Shown here: piece after piece, positions 51,831-64,000 of the stretch | Layout of the letters: every line of letters starts with the position of its first letter | Position numbering within the stretch: the stretch's first letter is position 1 | From: Mobula hypostoma | Lineage: Eukaryota | Reading direction: 5' to 3' | Length of the DNA stretch: 64,000 nucleotides | Assembly: GCF_963921235.1 (NCBI RefSeq) | Contig: NC_086097.1 | Coordinates: 113,586,001 to 113,650,000 of the forward strand | Program-made: the position numbers and the translations under genes | The notes under the pieces: model-generated | What the model was told of the DNA's origin: nothing | What the model saw: only the letters and a program-made list of their open reading frames with translations | Database searches by the model: none

Positions 51831-52149
51831 AGTGTTGCAGAACAGCTTTTTGACCGTTGGACCTCACTGTTGATCTCATCCGCCCAGTCTGCTGGAGCTG
51901 ACTTCACCTGCTTGGACAGGAATGTCCCTACTTCACCGGGGTACGAAGGCTGCCGACTGCCCTCGCGTGGCTTAGCCCACCTGCCGAAGTGGTATACTAA
52001 GGTGTGGCCACAGTCACATGCAGACAGCTACTTAAAGCCATAGGTGAGAGTTAAGTGTCTGGTGGAGATCTAAAATGTGTGAGCTGCCCTATAATAGACA
52101 CAAGTCCCTTCACCAGAGGTTCTACCCCTCCCTGGATAACCCGTATACA

Positions 52150-52393
52150 GCAGCGTACACTGGATGAATTTCTCCATTGATAACTATTAGGAACTAATAC
52201 ACAGTTTTATAGTACTGTAGTATCATTGGAACTGTTGTAATTTGTTCTGTATTTCATTTAAATACATATTTTGTTAGTTAAAGGGCATTTTGTCTTTTTA
52301 TCTATTTCCAAGAAACTTTGATTAATTGGGACAGCCACTTAATTGGGCCAAAATGTACTGGTCCCAATGTCCAAAGTAATCAGAATCCACTGT
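52150..52393 (+). mobile_element. pogo/Tigger-like DNA transposon end
   Basis: Reverse-complement similarity to ~59070-59290; terminates aatccactg followed by TA. Confidence 0.6.
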
Positions 52394-52399
52394 ACATAG

Positions 52400-52402
<3 letters not shown>

Positions 52403-52453
<51 letters not shown>
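52403..52453. repeat. (CA)n microsatellite
   Basis: About 25 perfect AC units. Confidence 0.98.
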
Positions 52454-52457
<4 letters not shown>

Positions 52458-52850
52458 GCACATACAGTATTGTATATCTCAATATATACTGTATATCAAT
52501 AGATATATATATAGTGCTGTATATCAGTATACCGTACTGTATAGAGGTACATAAATAAAATGAATTCTGTGTTGTTATGCTGAGCATTTAAACATCTTGC
52601 CAAGCATTGTGTACCTGCTATGTTGATGCCAGCATGTGTAAATGACACACCCTTGCAGTCTGCCTGCAGCACACCCTTTGCTGTGTTGGTTGTTTACGCA
52701 AACGACACATTTCACTGTTTCTACATGTACATCTGATAAATAATCGATTCTTGAATATTGTAGCTTATTACTGTGCAAGCTTTCCGTGTCTATTCCTCCT
52801 GCATGGACATAATACCTTGTGTATATTGGACAAAATTAAATATTATTAAA

Positions 52851-53395
52851 TTTATAGATGCACTGTAGAAAGCATTTTTCTAGGGTGCATCACAACCTGG
52901 TATGGAAGTTATCCTGTCCAAGACCGGAAGAAGCTGCAGAAGATCGTGAACACAGCCCAGCACATCACACAAACCAATCTTCCGTCCTTGGACTCACTTT
53001 ACACTGCACACTGTCGGAGCAGTGCTGCCAGGATAATCAAGGACACGATCCACCCAGCCAACAGACTTTTCGTCTCTCTTCCCTCCAGGAGAAGGCTCAG
53101 GAGCTTGAAGACTCGTACGGCCAGATTTGGGAACAGCTTCTTTCCAACTGTGATAAGACTGCCGAACGGATCCTGACCCGGATCTGGGCCATACCCTCCA
53201 AATATCCAGACCTGCCTCTCAGTTTTTTTGCACTACCTTACTTTCCATTTTCTATTTTCTATTTATGATTTATAATTTAAATTATTACTATTTACTATCG
53301 ATTAATACTCTAGGGAGTGCGAAGCGCAGAATCAAATATTGCTGTGATGATTGTACGCCCTAGTATCAATTGTTTGGCAACAATAAAGTAAAGTA
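52851..53395 (+). mobile_element. Rex1/Babar-like LINE 3' end (young copy)
   Basis: Near-identical to 57026-57570; TARFGNSFFPTVIRL; aataaagtaaag tail. Confidence 0.85.
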
Positions 53396-55899
53396 AAATA
53401 TGAAAGAAATCATTTTTTGTTTCAGAAAACACATAAAAATAATCACATTGGGTGGGACGTGGGTGTGTCACCTGTAAGCTAAACTAACTTTAGTATTTTG
53501 ACCAAAAAGACGTGGTAATTTCACCCAAAGAAAGTTTCCTTCCCCAGAAGACATTAATAACAAGAGGGGAGGGGGATTTTGAAATAGTCCGGTAGTTTTT
53601 GTGATACCTTCCAAAACTGCTTTTATTTTATTATATAGCATAAAATATGAACGGATTCTTCCTTGGCCCTTTTCCTGCTTAATAGTCATTTCTTCTCTGA
53701 TGTACGGATTTGTCAATACTAGTCAATTGTCTTTCAATAAGTGGCCGTGATTCATGTGAAAGTTTTGACAGCATGATTCACAGGCTGTTCTTTTGGGGCA
53801 AGCAGGAACTGCAGATGGATTTGCAGTGGAGCCTAGTTTCTTCCTTACCAGTCTGTGATGCAATTGCACTTCCAGTGGGGCTCACTGGCCTTGGGACGTC
53901 CAAGCCAGTCTGAAGCAGTCACACTGAGCTCACCTGACAGCACGGGGAGGAAACCTACTTTGTGCAGAATTGCCGAGTCTTTTGGTCAAAATACCAAATA
54001 TATTTTCTTCATTATCTTTCTAATCCATTTGAGGGATTAATATTTACTATATAAAGTGTTATTTCCCAGTCATTTTTCTGTAATTTTCTCCTTTCCTGAA
54101 GGTGTTTGGTTTATGTAAGATTATAAAACTAAGCTGAACATCCCAAAGTTCCAACTCACCAACTTTCCTTCCCGATTATTTTACTAGGAGGTATCACAAG
54201 CAAGCCCACTGTCAATTAGTAATTGTATATATTCAGTTCTAATGAAATATCTCTTCATTTCAGAACCATGAATGAACTTGTTGAATGCTTCTATTATTTT
54301 CCTTTATGACTCACAGATGGAGACTTTCCAGCACAACACATATAACAAAATTGTTATGATTAGTGGTCCTTCCTTACAGTTGTTCTGTACTGTTGCATTC
54401 TGATACAGTACAAATCTTTTTGGATAATAATCAGAGTTTTATAGGATTAAAGTCAATATTTCAGGACTGCCGTTGGAATCCTGAAGGATTGAAATCGATG
54501 TTTTTGCTTTGCAATCAACAATTTTTCTTCACTGGATTGCAAGCTAGATGTTTTGTAAAGCACTATATTACAATCTGAAGATTTTTTAGGTGCCAAGCTG
54601 AATTTGAGCATGATTTTAACTTCATCACTGGTTTGATTTTTTCCAAAATAGCAACTTATAATAGTTTTCCTTCACTTAAATTTCCATTAGATGATTTTCT
54701 TAGAAATTAGAAGGAGATCTTTCTTTTAAGTTTGCACACAGACGTTTTCACCTCATTTGGCATTGTTCCGAGTCCTGAACTCTTTGCAATCATGCCTGTG
54801 ACTGTGCCAAAATTGCTGGGTTCTGACGTTTTTGATCTGAGGTTATACAGAAGTCAAGTGTCAAGCACAAAGCTTGTTACTCAGGGCCATTCATTAAGCA
54901 CTAGGAGAACACAGGACTTGGAAAAGGAGACTAGCAAGAGCAGAGGTGAGTAGTGATTGCACAAAAGAACGAAGAAAAGAGACGGAGCCAACGTGTTCTG
55001 CTCTTATACCAGTTTGCTAATTCCATTGGATTTCTACAGGTAATAGCCATTCTGTTCCAATTTTTTAGATAAGTGTTAACCAATCAGATAGCCTCTATTC
55101 AAATAAAATGATTACCAAGAAGCCTCCAGAATACAGAGGAACTGTAACCACTCGGAAGCACACTGCACAATTGCATATACACAGGTAATTATATAAAAAC
55201 ACAAGCAAGCATAAGAAAGCTAAACTACAAGGTAATAACAATTATACATTCTAATCCAAAAGGAAGATAGATATATTTATGAAATAAAGATCTACCTTTT
55301 TCCATCTCGCAAAAGCAAGTTCCGGTTTGGTGAGATCTAAGATAATACAGACCATAACCCATGGGATTTTCTGACTTTTGCAGTTTATTCTCACGCAGGT
55401 TAATGTATATAATTAAATTTATAGGCGGAGTTTGGCTCTGAAATTTTAAACCTGAACACTATCAGCTGTGCTGCTTTGCATCTGAGTTTCGGAATATAGA
55501 TAAAGTGTGCTAAGTGCAGGGCAACATAAAAAGAAAATTTTTTCTAGTAATCATTATAAGGACAACATAATAATATAAAATATAAAATCACATTAGGAGC
55601 TTACATGGTCACTATTGAATTGCTCTTGCATTGTACTACGTATACCACCAGTTGTTTGCAAGATATCACATGTTAAACTGAGGATAATACTTCCTATACA
55701 ATGCATCAAATATCGATCATTTACAAGATTCTTAGTAACAAATCTATCTTGGCTTTGTCTTGAAACTAACGGGGCTGTACCATCATGAATAGAAAATTCA
55801 TTTAATATTAGCAAGTTCAATAATAATGAGACTACAGGCCCAAAGTTTCCCTCGATAAATCTATGACTTGGAGTCGGGGGTGCAGATGACACAAACGTG

Positions 55900-56326
55900 T
55901 GTCACAACCATGTATTCGGCAGCACAGCAGATACAGCAATTGCGCTCATGAATATGCACGTATCAGCTAATTATTATTTCATTGTGATAGTATTTAACTC
56001 CATTCTTTTTGTTGTAGTGCTTGTCGAGATTTGGGCAAAGCGCAGCAACTTTTCACCGCCTGCTTGCATTCAGCCTCGCCTGAGAAATTGGACTGTTGAG
56101 TCAACTGACTCTGAAGACTAGTGGTATTCATTTTTTATTTAGTTATTCCTTTCAGCCATATGTTGGCTTCATTTTCTATTTGAAAGTTTTAGTTAAAAGC
56201 CCTGTTTGGCCTAGCGTTTATTGTTTTCTTTTCCCTCTAACTCTGTTCCTATTAAAGTCTGTGAACTATCAACATGCTTCAGTGTCTCTTGCTCCACACT
56301 TGGGCCATGTCCGAACATAGCGAGCA
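55900..56326 (+). mobile_element. Probable Gypsy-type solo LTR
   Basis: Begins TGTCACAAC and ends GCGAGCA; ATTAAA at ~56251; 4-bp flanks cgtg/tgtg differ by one CpG transition. Confidence 0.55.
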
Positions 56327-56875
56327 TGTGTACCTGTAGTGAACTCCGAGGTGGATATCAACATGCAGGTGGAATGTGTGGATAGGTGGGAGATGAAATT
56401 TACTGCAAGAAATGTGAAGTGATCATTTTGTAGTGCAGGAGCAAACTGAATTAGCACACGGAGTTGGGCTCTGAGGTTTATTAAAAACTGCTGCACACCA
56501 GGAGGCCAGTCAGAGCTGATCTAAATGGGCATGAATTTGGTGCTGTTTTTGCATTCTCAGTTGACTAGATCACTAGCAGAACTACAGAGTGGTGGCTACA
56601 GGAAAACCTAATGAAGAAGCAGGTTGATTACAGAATAAAATGATTATCCATAGGCCTGCAGTAAATCCCGTTTCCTATTACAACAATGGGTGAATGCTAT
56701 AACAGAATCAGAGATATTCCAGAAACTTGGGTATCATTGCTACTGCATTCCACATCTCTACTTTTGTCTGCAGTTCCCTGTTACCACATTAGCACAATCC
56801 ACGCTCCTATTTACTAGTTATTTGCCCTACAACAGTAGGAAGAATTAGACAAGGCAATAAATTTGGCAGATATTT

Positions 56876-57585
56876 GTGAAAAGCTTTAAGTTCCTCAGGG
56901 TCAATATCACAAATGACCTGACTTGGTCCAACCAAGCAGAGTTCACTGCCAAGCAGGCCCACCAGCGCCTTTACTTCCTGAGGAAGCTAAGGAAATTTGG
57001 CCTGTCCCCTAAAATCCTCACTAATTTTTATAGATGCACCATAGAAAGCATTCTTCTGGGGTGCATCACAACCTGGTATGGAAGTTGTCCTGTCCAAGAC
57101 CAGAAGAAGCTGCCGAAGATTGTGAGCACAGCCCAGCACATCACACAAACCAATCTTCCGTCCTTGGACTCACTTTACACCGCACGCTGTTGGAGCAGTG
57201 CTGCCAGGATAATCTAGGACACGACCCACCCAGCCAACACACTTTTCATCCCTCTTCCCTCCAGGAGAAGGCTCAGGAGCTTGAAGACTCATACAGCCAG
57301 ATTTGGGAACAGCTTCTTTCCAACTGTGATAAGACTGCTGAACGGATCCTGACCCGGATCTGGGCCGTACCCTCCAAATATCCAGACCTGCCTCTCGGTT
57401 TTTTTTGCACTACCTTACTTCCCATTTTTCTATTTTCTACTTATGATTTATAATTTAAATTTTTAATATTTACTATCGATTTGTACGCCAGGGAGCATGA
57501 AGCGCAGAATCAAATATCGCTGTGATGATTGTACGCTCTAGTATCAATTGTTTGGCGACAATAAAGTATAAATTATAAAGTATAA
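56876..57585 (+). mobile_element. Rex1/Babar-like LINE 3' end (young copy)
   Basis: FKFLRVNITNDLTWS..QRLYFLRKLRKFGLS..FYRCTIESIL. Confidence 0.88.
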
Positions 57586-59069
57586 AAGGGATGCAAGAAC
57601 ATCGTTTGTTGAATGGGCAGGTTGGGAAAGTGACAAAATAAACATATAGGATCCTTATCTTTAAAGAGCCAAACAGGACAGGAGCAAGGACATCATGAAG
57701 CAGCTTTATAATGGATGATGAAAGAATGTGTCCATTTCTGGGTGAATTGCTTTAAGAAAGATGCAAAGATTTTAGAGGGAGTGTTGAAGAGATTATAGCA
57801 CAAAGATTCCAAATGAGAAACTCTCATTATGTGGACAAACATGAGATGCTGGATTTGTTCTCCTTCACGAAATGCTGTTCTGAGGGGAATTTATGCTTGT
57901 TTTTAAAACTATTAAATTTTTAAACATTACAGCACAGTACAGACCCTTCGGCCTATAATGTTGTGCTGTCCTTTTAGCCTACTCTAAGATCAAACTACTT
58001 CTTCCTTTCCAAACAACCCCTGCCATTTTTATCATCCATGTGTCTATCTAAGAGTCTATAGACAAAATAGATAGAAATTGTTTCCAATTCAATGTAATTT
58101 ATGGAACATATGTTGGCAGGTAAATCAATATCAGGTACCTGTCTTGTTCCGTTTTGAGGCAGCAAGGGAACAGTTGTGATTTAGTAACAAAATCCCTATT
58201 CAAGGAGCTACTATCCAAAGAAATGTATAGTTGTTTACTTATGCAAATTTGTCATTACATATCTCCAGTACAATGATCCATGGAATTCAAACTGAAAAAT
58301 AACTTTATAATCTGGATTTGGAAATTAAGAAAATGTGCTTACTTCAAAACTAAATGTAGATCAATAAGGTAGAAATAAATTCTGTGAACTAAACAAATAT
58401 CCCATGGTTTGTAATTCATCTTTGTTGCTGTCAGGGTGAGTAAAGCACCATTTTGCTACACTTACTGGGTGCCAGTGCAGGACATTTTGGAGGCAACTTT
58501 CCAAGTTTGCTCTATTGTGGGCTGTCTAATCTATGGAATACATTTTGGATGTTTAGAACCTCACTGTGCATGATTTTCTAACAATTGGCTTAAATAACAC
58601 CTTACATACTTTGTTGCTGGTAAATGATCCCGGAGTTAGAACATTTGCCCCTTGATGATAACTGTTGCAAGATTCAAATGACAACCTTGGAGATATAGAG
58701 TTATACAGCACAGAAACAGGAGCCTTGGCCCAACCTGTCTATACCAATTAATTACCCTACCTGAAGCTAGATCCACTTGTTTGCATTTGGCCCATGTCCC
58801 CCTAAATCAGTAGTTCCCAACCTTTTATATACCATGGACCCCTACCATTAACTGAACAGTCTATGTCCAAGTGTCTTTTAAACTAATTAAAATATTACAT
58901 TAGATCCCTGTATGCTATTGAATTACTGTTTGTGGGAGCTTGTTTATAGAGACTAGATGTTGTTTTTCAGAATCGGAATCAGGTTTATTATCATGGTACA
59001 TGTCATGAAGTTTTTTGTTTTGTGGTAGCAGTACGGTGCAATACGTAAAATATACTATAAATTACAATT

Positions 59070-59878
59070 TTGTACATTTTGGCCCAATGAAGCGGGTACC
59101 CCAATTAGCCAAATATTCATGGAAATAGTTTAAAAGGTATAAAAAAAAGACAAGCTACCATTTAACTGAGTAACAATTTATTATTTAAATGACATACAGA
59201 ACAAATTAGAACATAACTGAAACCACTACAGCACTATAAAACTGTGTATTAGTTCCTAATAATTATCAACAGAGGAATTTATCCATTGTACGATCCCATG
59301 TTCTTTTAATTGGCTGTAAATGAACAAAATTAGTGCAGATACCTAATGTAGATAATAGACTGTCTTCAAACAATGCTTTCAATAATTGCATCCTCCAAAT
59401 CTTCATTTTCACTGTCCCATTTAAGATGGTTGTCAATACCTTCAAATTTTTTATTATTCCTAACTTGTTGAAGTAGTGAAATAGTTCATTTTCACTCCTA
59501 GCTGTCTTTGGCATCTCCAGGCCTGAAGGCTTGAAACCGCAGTGAGCAGAATGGTTTTGAATTATCTCACTCCTTGTTTTTTGCCAACTATCAGTGACAA
59601 AAATCACTGCTTTTTGAACACAAACACATGCAGGTGACGCTATTTAAAAATTATTTGCTCTAAGCACAGTGCAGTGTCCAACAGCCACAGGACGTGCACA
59701 TGACTGATGTTGGTTAGAAACTGTTTGGCAAAACAATCTTTTGTTCTAATTAAGTGGCATAGTGTCCCAAATATATGAAGGTCATCTCAGCTATTTCCTT
59801 GATTTATTTTTCTTATTTAAGAGTTGTCACATGTAAGCAGCCATCCCAATTAAGCCACAGTCCAATAAATCCACTGTG
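59070..59878 (-). mobile_element. pogo/Tigger-like internally deleted DNA transposon inserted in the TA run of a LINE tail
   Basis: IFVTDSWQKTRSEIIQNHSAHCGFK resembles the Tigger DDE C-terminus; terminus aatccactg; host LINE tail at 58968-59068 continues at 59890-60170. Confidence 0.65.
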
Positions 59879-60974
59879 TATATATATATATATATAAATA
59901 AGTAATGTGAAAAGAGAGAAAAACATAATGAGGCAATGTTCATGGATTCATTGTCCATTCATAATTAATTCATAAATCTGACGGTGAATGGGAATAAACT
60001 ATTCCTAAAATATTGAGTACATATCTTCAGGCTCCTGTACCTCTGCCCTGATGGTAGCAATGAGAAGAGGGCACGTCCTGGGTGATGGAGATTCATAATG
60101 ATGGGTGCAGCTTTGAGGAATCACCTTCTGAAGATGTCCTTGAGGGTGGAGAGGCTAGTGCCCATGATAGAGTTCTAATCACTGCAATGATTATAATTTA
60201 TATAGTAAGCCCTGTATATGTTGTAAATTGCTATGGAATATTCAAGACAGGATGTGAAAGGGATTTTTTTTTCTGAACTACACGGTGAATTACTGAAATC
60301 TGGACTAAAAGTCCACTACTTTAAGATGTTCTCCTTCCAGGAGCAGTACAAACTTCACCAGATCCTTGTTGGTCCAAGGACAATATTGGTGAGTTTGTCT
60401 TGTGGGGAAAAAAAAAGAGTCTGCAATTTGCTCAGCTAGGTTTTTTTAGCATGGGAAATCTCACCTCCTCATTTTCAGTCAGGTCCCACTATTAAATAGC
60501 AGAATAACGCATATTCTCATTGGTCTAGGTTAGGACTTGGAGCTCACAGAGAAGGGCAGAAAAGTAGGAGGCCAGATGTTTCCTCTCTTCCCCAGTTTGA
60601 CTAAGTTCAGTCAGTATTTTGAGTCTGTTAATGTTGTCAATTCTGACCTTTCAATGTTTTAGGACAATGGGTACATTCGTTTAATGTCTATGTCTCAGAC
60701 AAATATTGGTTTATAAGTCATTAGATAAACAGTCTAAGGACAACTTCATCAGTTAGTCTCCAAAAGCAGAGTGGTGGTAGTCGCCAAGTAACATCTAGTC
60801 TTCTTGCTATCACAATATATTTGCTTTGCACTTTTAAAATAATCAAATATTATCGTGGTAACATGAAAATACTTAGCTGTGTTTTAGTTTATTCACTTTC
60901 TTTGAGAGAAAAAAAAAGATATTTGGTGATTTTGCAACTTGATATCTCTGTATATACTTTCTTTTGTGGGGAGG

Positions 60975-61505
60975 GGTGTATGGAGTGACCAGGGAGGGTA
61001 GCACCTCTGGTGAAGGGGCTTCTCGTGCCTATCCTGGGGCAGCTCACTCACCTTTGGTCCCCACCAGACACTCAGCTCTCATCTGCAGCTCCAAGTAGCT
61101 GTTTGCATGTGACAGCTGCCACAGCCAGGTACACCACTTCAACAGGCAGACAAAATCAGGTGAGGATAGCCGGTAGCCTCATACCCCGGTGAGACAGGTG
61201 CATTCCTGTCCCAGCATGTGAAGTCAACTCTGGCGGACTGGGCAGATGAGATCTACAGTGAGATCCGACAACCAGGAAGGCGGTACTGCAACGCTCCGTG
61301 GAGAGCAAAGGAAATGACAAGGCACAGAAGACGTCATGGTCATCCACTGAAACCAAGGAAGACCCCAGTTTGTGATGCTTGTTTGTACCACTGGACCTGG
61401 GCTTCCGAGGCTGAGAGAGTGAAACCACCCCAGTGCAATGGCTCTTCTACTTTAAAGGCTCTCCCACACAGGTTTCCTGTCATCATTGGACACAATGGAT
61501 AACCG
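60975..61505 (+). mobile_element. Non-autonomous retroposon, probably RTE-derived
   Basis: Homologous to 44440-44820 and 51830-52147. Confidence 0.5.
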
Positions 61506-62249
61506 CCTTATACTTTTTAGTTCAGCCAGAGTAATTCTTAGCTCTTAAACTTGAATTTGGGCCAATAGGAAGTAGAATGCACTTTTGAAAATACACAGCG
61601 AATACTTCTAGTCCCATTCCACTGATGAGAATAAAATGCTAGGCTGATACTCTCGTGTGCTGCTGAGGGAATGCAGTTCTATCCGAGGTGACTGGTTGGA
61701 GGGTAGGTATTGAATGCAAGCTCCATCTGCTCTCTTAGGTGGACATTGAAACAGCCCGCAGCACTGTTTAGAAGACAATTTGGGAAGCTACTCCTTTCCT
61801 GTTGACCAGAATTTGTTCCTCATTCACCATTTCTAAAGTGGTCATGATCTCTCTGCAGTGAGTTGGAGCTTCCTGTGCAAAAATTGACTGCAACTTATTC
61901 TATATTTCTAAAGTATTTACTTGGTAAGAAAGTACTTCGGGATTTCCTGAAAGATAACCACAAGTTGAAAATAATACTTGTGTCAGTAAGCTCTTCACTC
62001 TATCTTCCTTTTTTTTTCTGTTGGATCATATATTTAACATACAACATGATTCCACAACACAGTACTAATCTGTTGCAAAGACTGCATCACCCCAACAGAT
62101 CCTTTTTGCTTTGTTAGAATTATTTTTTTTTACAAAAATGTAAGATTAAATGAAGCACAAGCATTTGAACTGAGGGGAGTGAGAAAAGCTATAGCAAAGC
62201 CTGATTCTACCCTTTTGCATCTGATACACATTCAGTTCAAATAATAACA

Positions 62250-64000
62250 GCATAAAACCATAAGACATAGGAGCAGAATTAGGCTATTTGACCCATTAAG
62301 TCTGCTCTGTCATTCAATCATGGCTGACCCTTTTTTCCGCTCCTCAACCCCATTCCCTGGCCTTCTTCCCATAACCTTTGATGCCGTGTCCAATCAATCT
62401 CTGCCTTAAATGCACCCAATGACCTGGCCTCCATAGCTGCCTGTGGTAACAAATTCCACAAATTCACCACCCTCTGGCTAAAGAACTTTCTCTGCATCTC
62501 TGTTTTCAATGGATGCCCCTCTATCCTGAGGATGTGCCCTCTTGTCCTAGATTCCCCCACCATGGGAAACATCCTTTCCACATCTAATCAATCTAGGCTT
62601 TTTGGTATTCAAAAGCTTTCAATGAGATCTCTCCTCATCCTTCTAAATTCCAAGCAGTACAGACGTAGAGCCATCAAACATTCCTCGTATGATAACCTTT
62701 TCATTCCTGCAATCATCCGTGTGAACCTCCTTTGAACCCTCTCCAATGCTAGCACATCTTTTCTTAGATAAGGAGCCCAAAACTGTTCACAATATTCAAG
62801 GTGAGGGACTCATCAGTGCCTTATAAAGCCTTAGCTCACACCCCTGCTCTTGTATACAAGCCCTCTTGAAATGAATGCTAACATTGCATTTGCCTTCCTC
62901 ACCACAGACTTAACCTGAAAGTTAATCTTTAGAGTGTTCTGAACAAGGATTCCCAAGTCCCTTTGCATCTCAGGTTTTTGGATTTTCTCCCTGTTTAGAA
63001 AATTGTCTGCACATTTATTTCTTCTACCAATGTGCATGACCATGCATTTTCCAATATTGTATTTCACTTGCCACTTTCTTGCCCATTCTCCTAACTCCTT
63101 CTTCAGCCTACCTGTTTCCTCAACACAATCTGTCCCACTGCCAATCTTCGTATGATCTGCAAACTTGGCAACAAAGCCATCTATTCCATCATCTAAATCA
63201 TTGATGTACAGCATAAAAAGAAGTGGTCCCAACACCGCTCCCTGTGGAACACCACTAGTCACTGACAGCCAACCAGACAAGGATCCTTTTATTCCGACTT
63301 GCTGTCTCCTACCAATCAGCCAATGCTCTAACCATGTTAGTAAGTTTACTGTAATACCATGGTCTCTTAACCTGATAAGCAGCCTCATATGTAGCACTTT
63401 GTCAAAGGTCTTCTAAAAGTCCAAATATACAACATCCACTGCATCCTCTTTATCTAACCTACTTGTAATCTCCTCAAAGAATTCCTACAGGCTTGTCAGA
63501 CAAGATTTTCCCTTAAGGAAACCATGCTGACTTCATCCTATCTATTCTTATGTCACCAAGTACTCCATAACCTCATCCTTAACAATTGACTCTAACATCT
63601 CCCAAACACTGAGGTCAGGCTAAATAGTCCATAATTTCTTTTCTGCTGCCTTCCTCATTTCTTAAAGAGTGGAGTGACCTTTGCAATTTTCCAGTCCTCT
63701 GGCACCTTGTCAGAGTCCAATGATTTTTGAAAGATCTTTTCTAATGCCTCCATATTTTCTACTGCTACCTCTTTCAGAACCCTAGGGTGCAGTTCGTCTG
63801 GTCCGGGTGACTTATATACCCTTAGGTCTTTAAACTTTTTGAGCACCTTCTCCCTTGTAATAGTAACTGCACTCACTTCTCTTCCTTCACACACTACAAC
63901 ATCTGGCACACTGTTAGTATATTCGACAGTGAAGATTGATGCAAAATACTCATTTAGTTCACCTGCCATCTCCTTGTCCCCCATTATTATCTCTCCTGCC
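62250..64000 (-). mobile_element. CR1 LINE RT and 3' UTR (continues beyond the window)
   Basis: KSPGPDELHPRVLKE, EDWKIAKVTPLFKK, GVPQGAVLGPLLF, KFADHTK and SRTRGH motifs. Confidence 0.92.

Noticed and set aside
55593..55892. DRFVTKNLVN resembles the BAALC C-terminus (ITKNCVN*)
   Set aside because: No stop follows, there is no further similarity and no convincing acceptor.

Overview
AT-rich, transposon-dense vertebrate DNA. The repeat mix (CR1, Rex1/Babar, Penelope-like, RTE, L1, V-SINE) suggests a cartilaginous fish, probably a batoid; this is inference. The only host gene recognised is the 5' end of a Frizzled-3/6 receptor, most likely FZD6, on the minus strand. It comprises a CpG-island promoter with a non-coding exon 1 (~20.4-20.7 kb), exon 2 (19451-19043) with a uORF-rich 5' UTR, signal peptide and start of the CRD, and an intron 2 that appears to run off the left edge. 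The rest is intronic or intergenic, with many nested insertions that can be resolved by target-site duplications (TSDs). The main hunt results are RNA structures. (1) The 3' UTR of a Hero-like non-LTR retrotransposon fragment holds all hammerhead ribozyme core nucleotides and three stems, but in a scrambled, pseudoknotted order (24647-24713, minus). (2) Penelope-like elements carry a series of minimal dimer-type hammerheads, one apparently intact (31934-31969). Repeat boundaries without a TSD are approximate, and family names come from remembered motifs rather than database searches.
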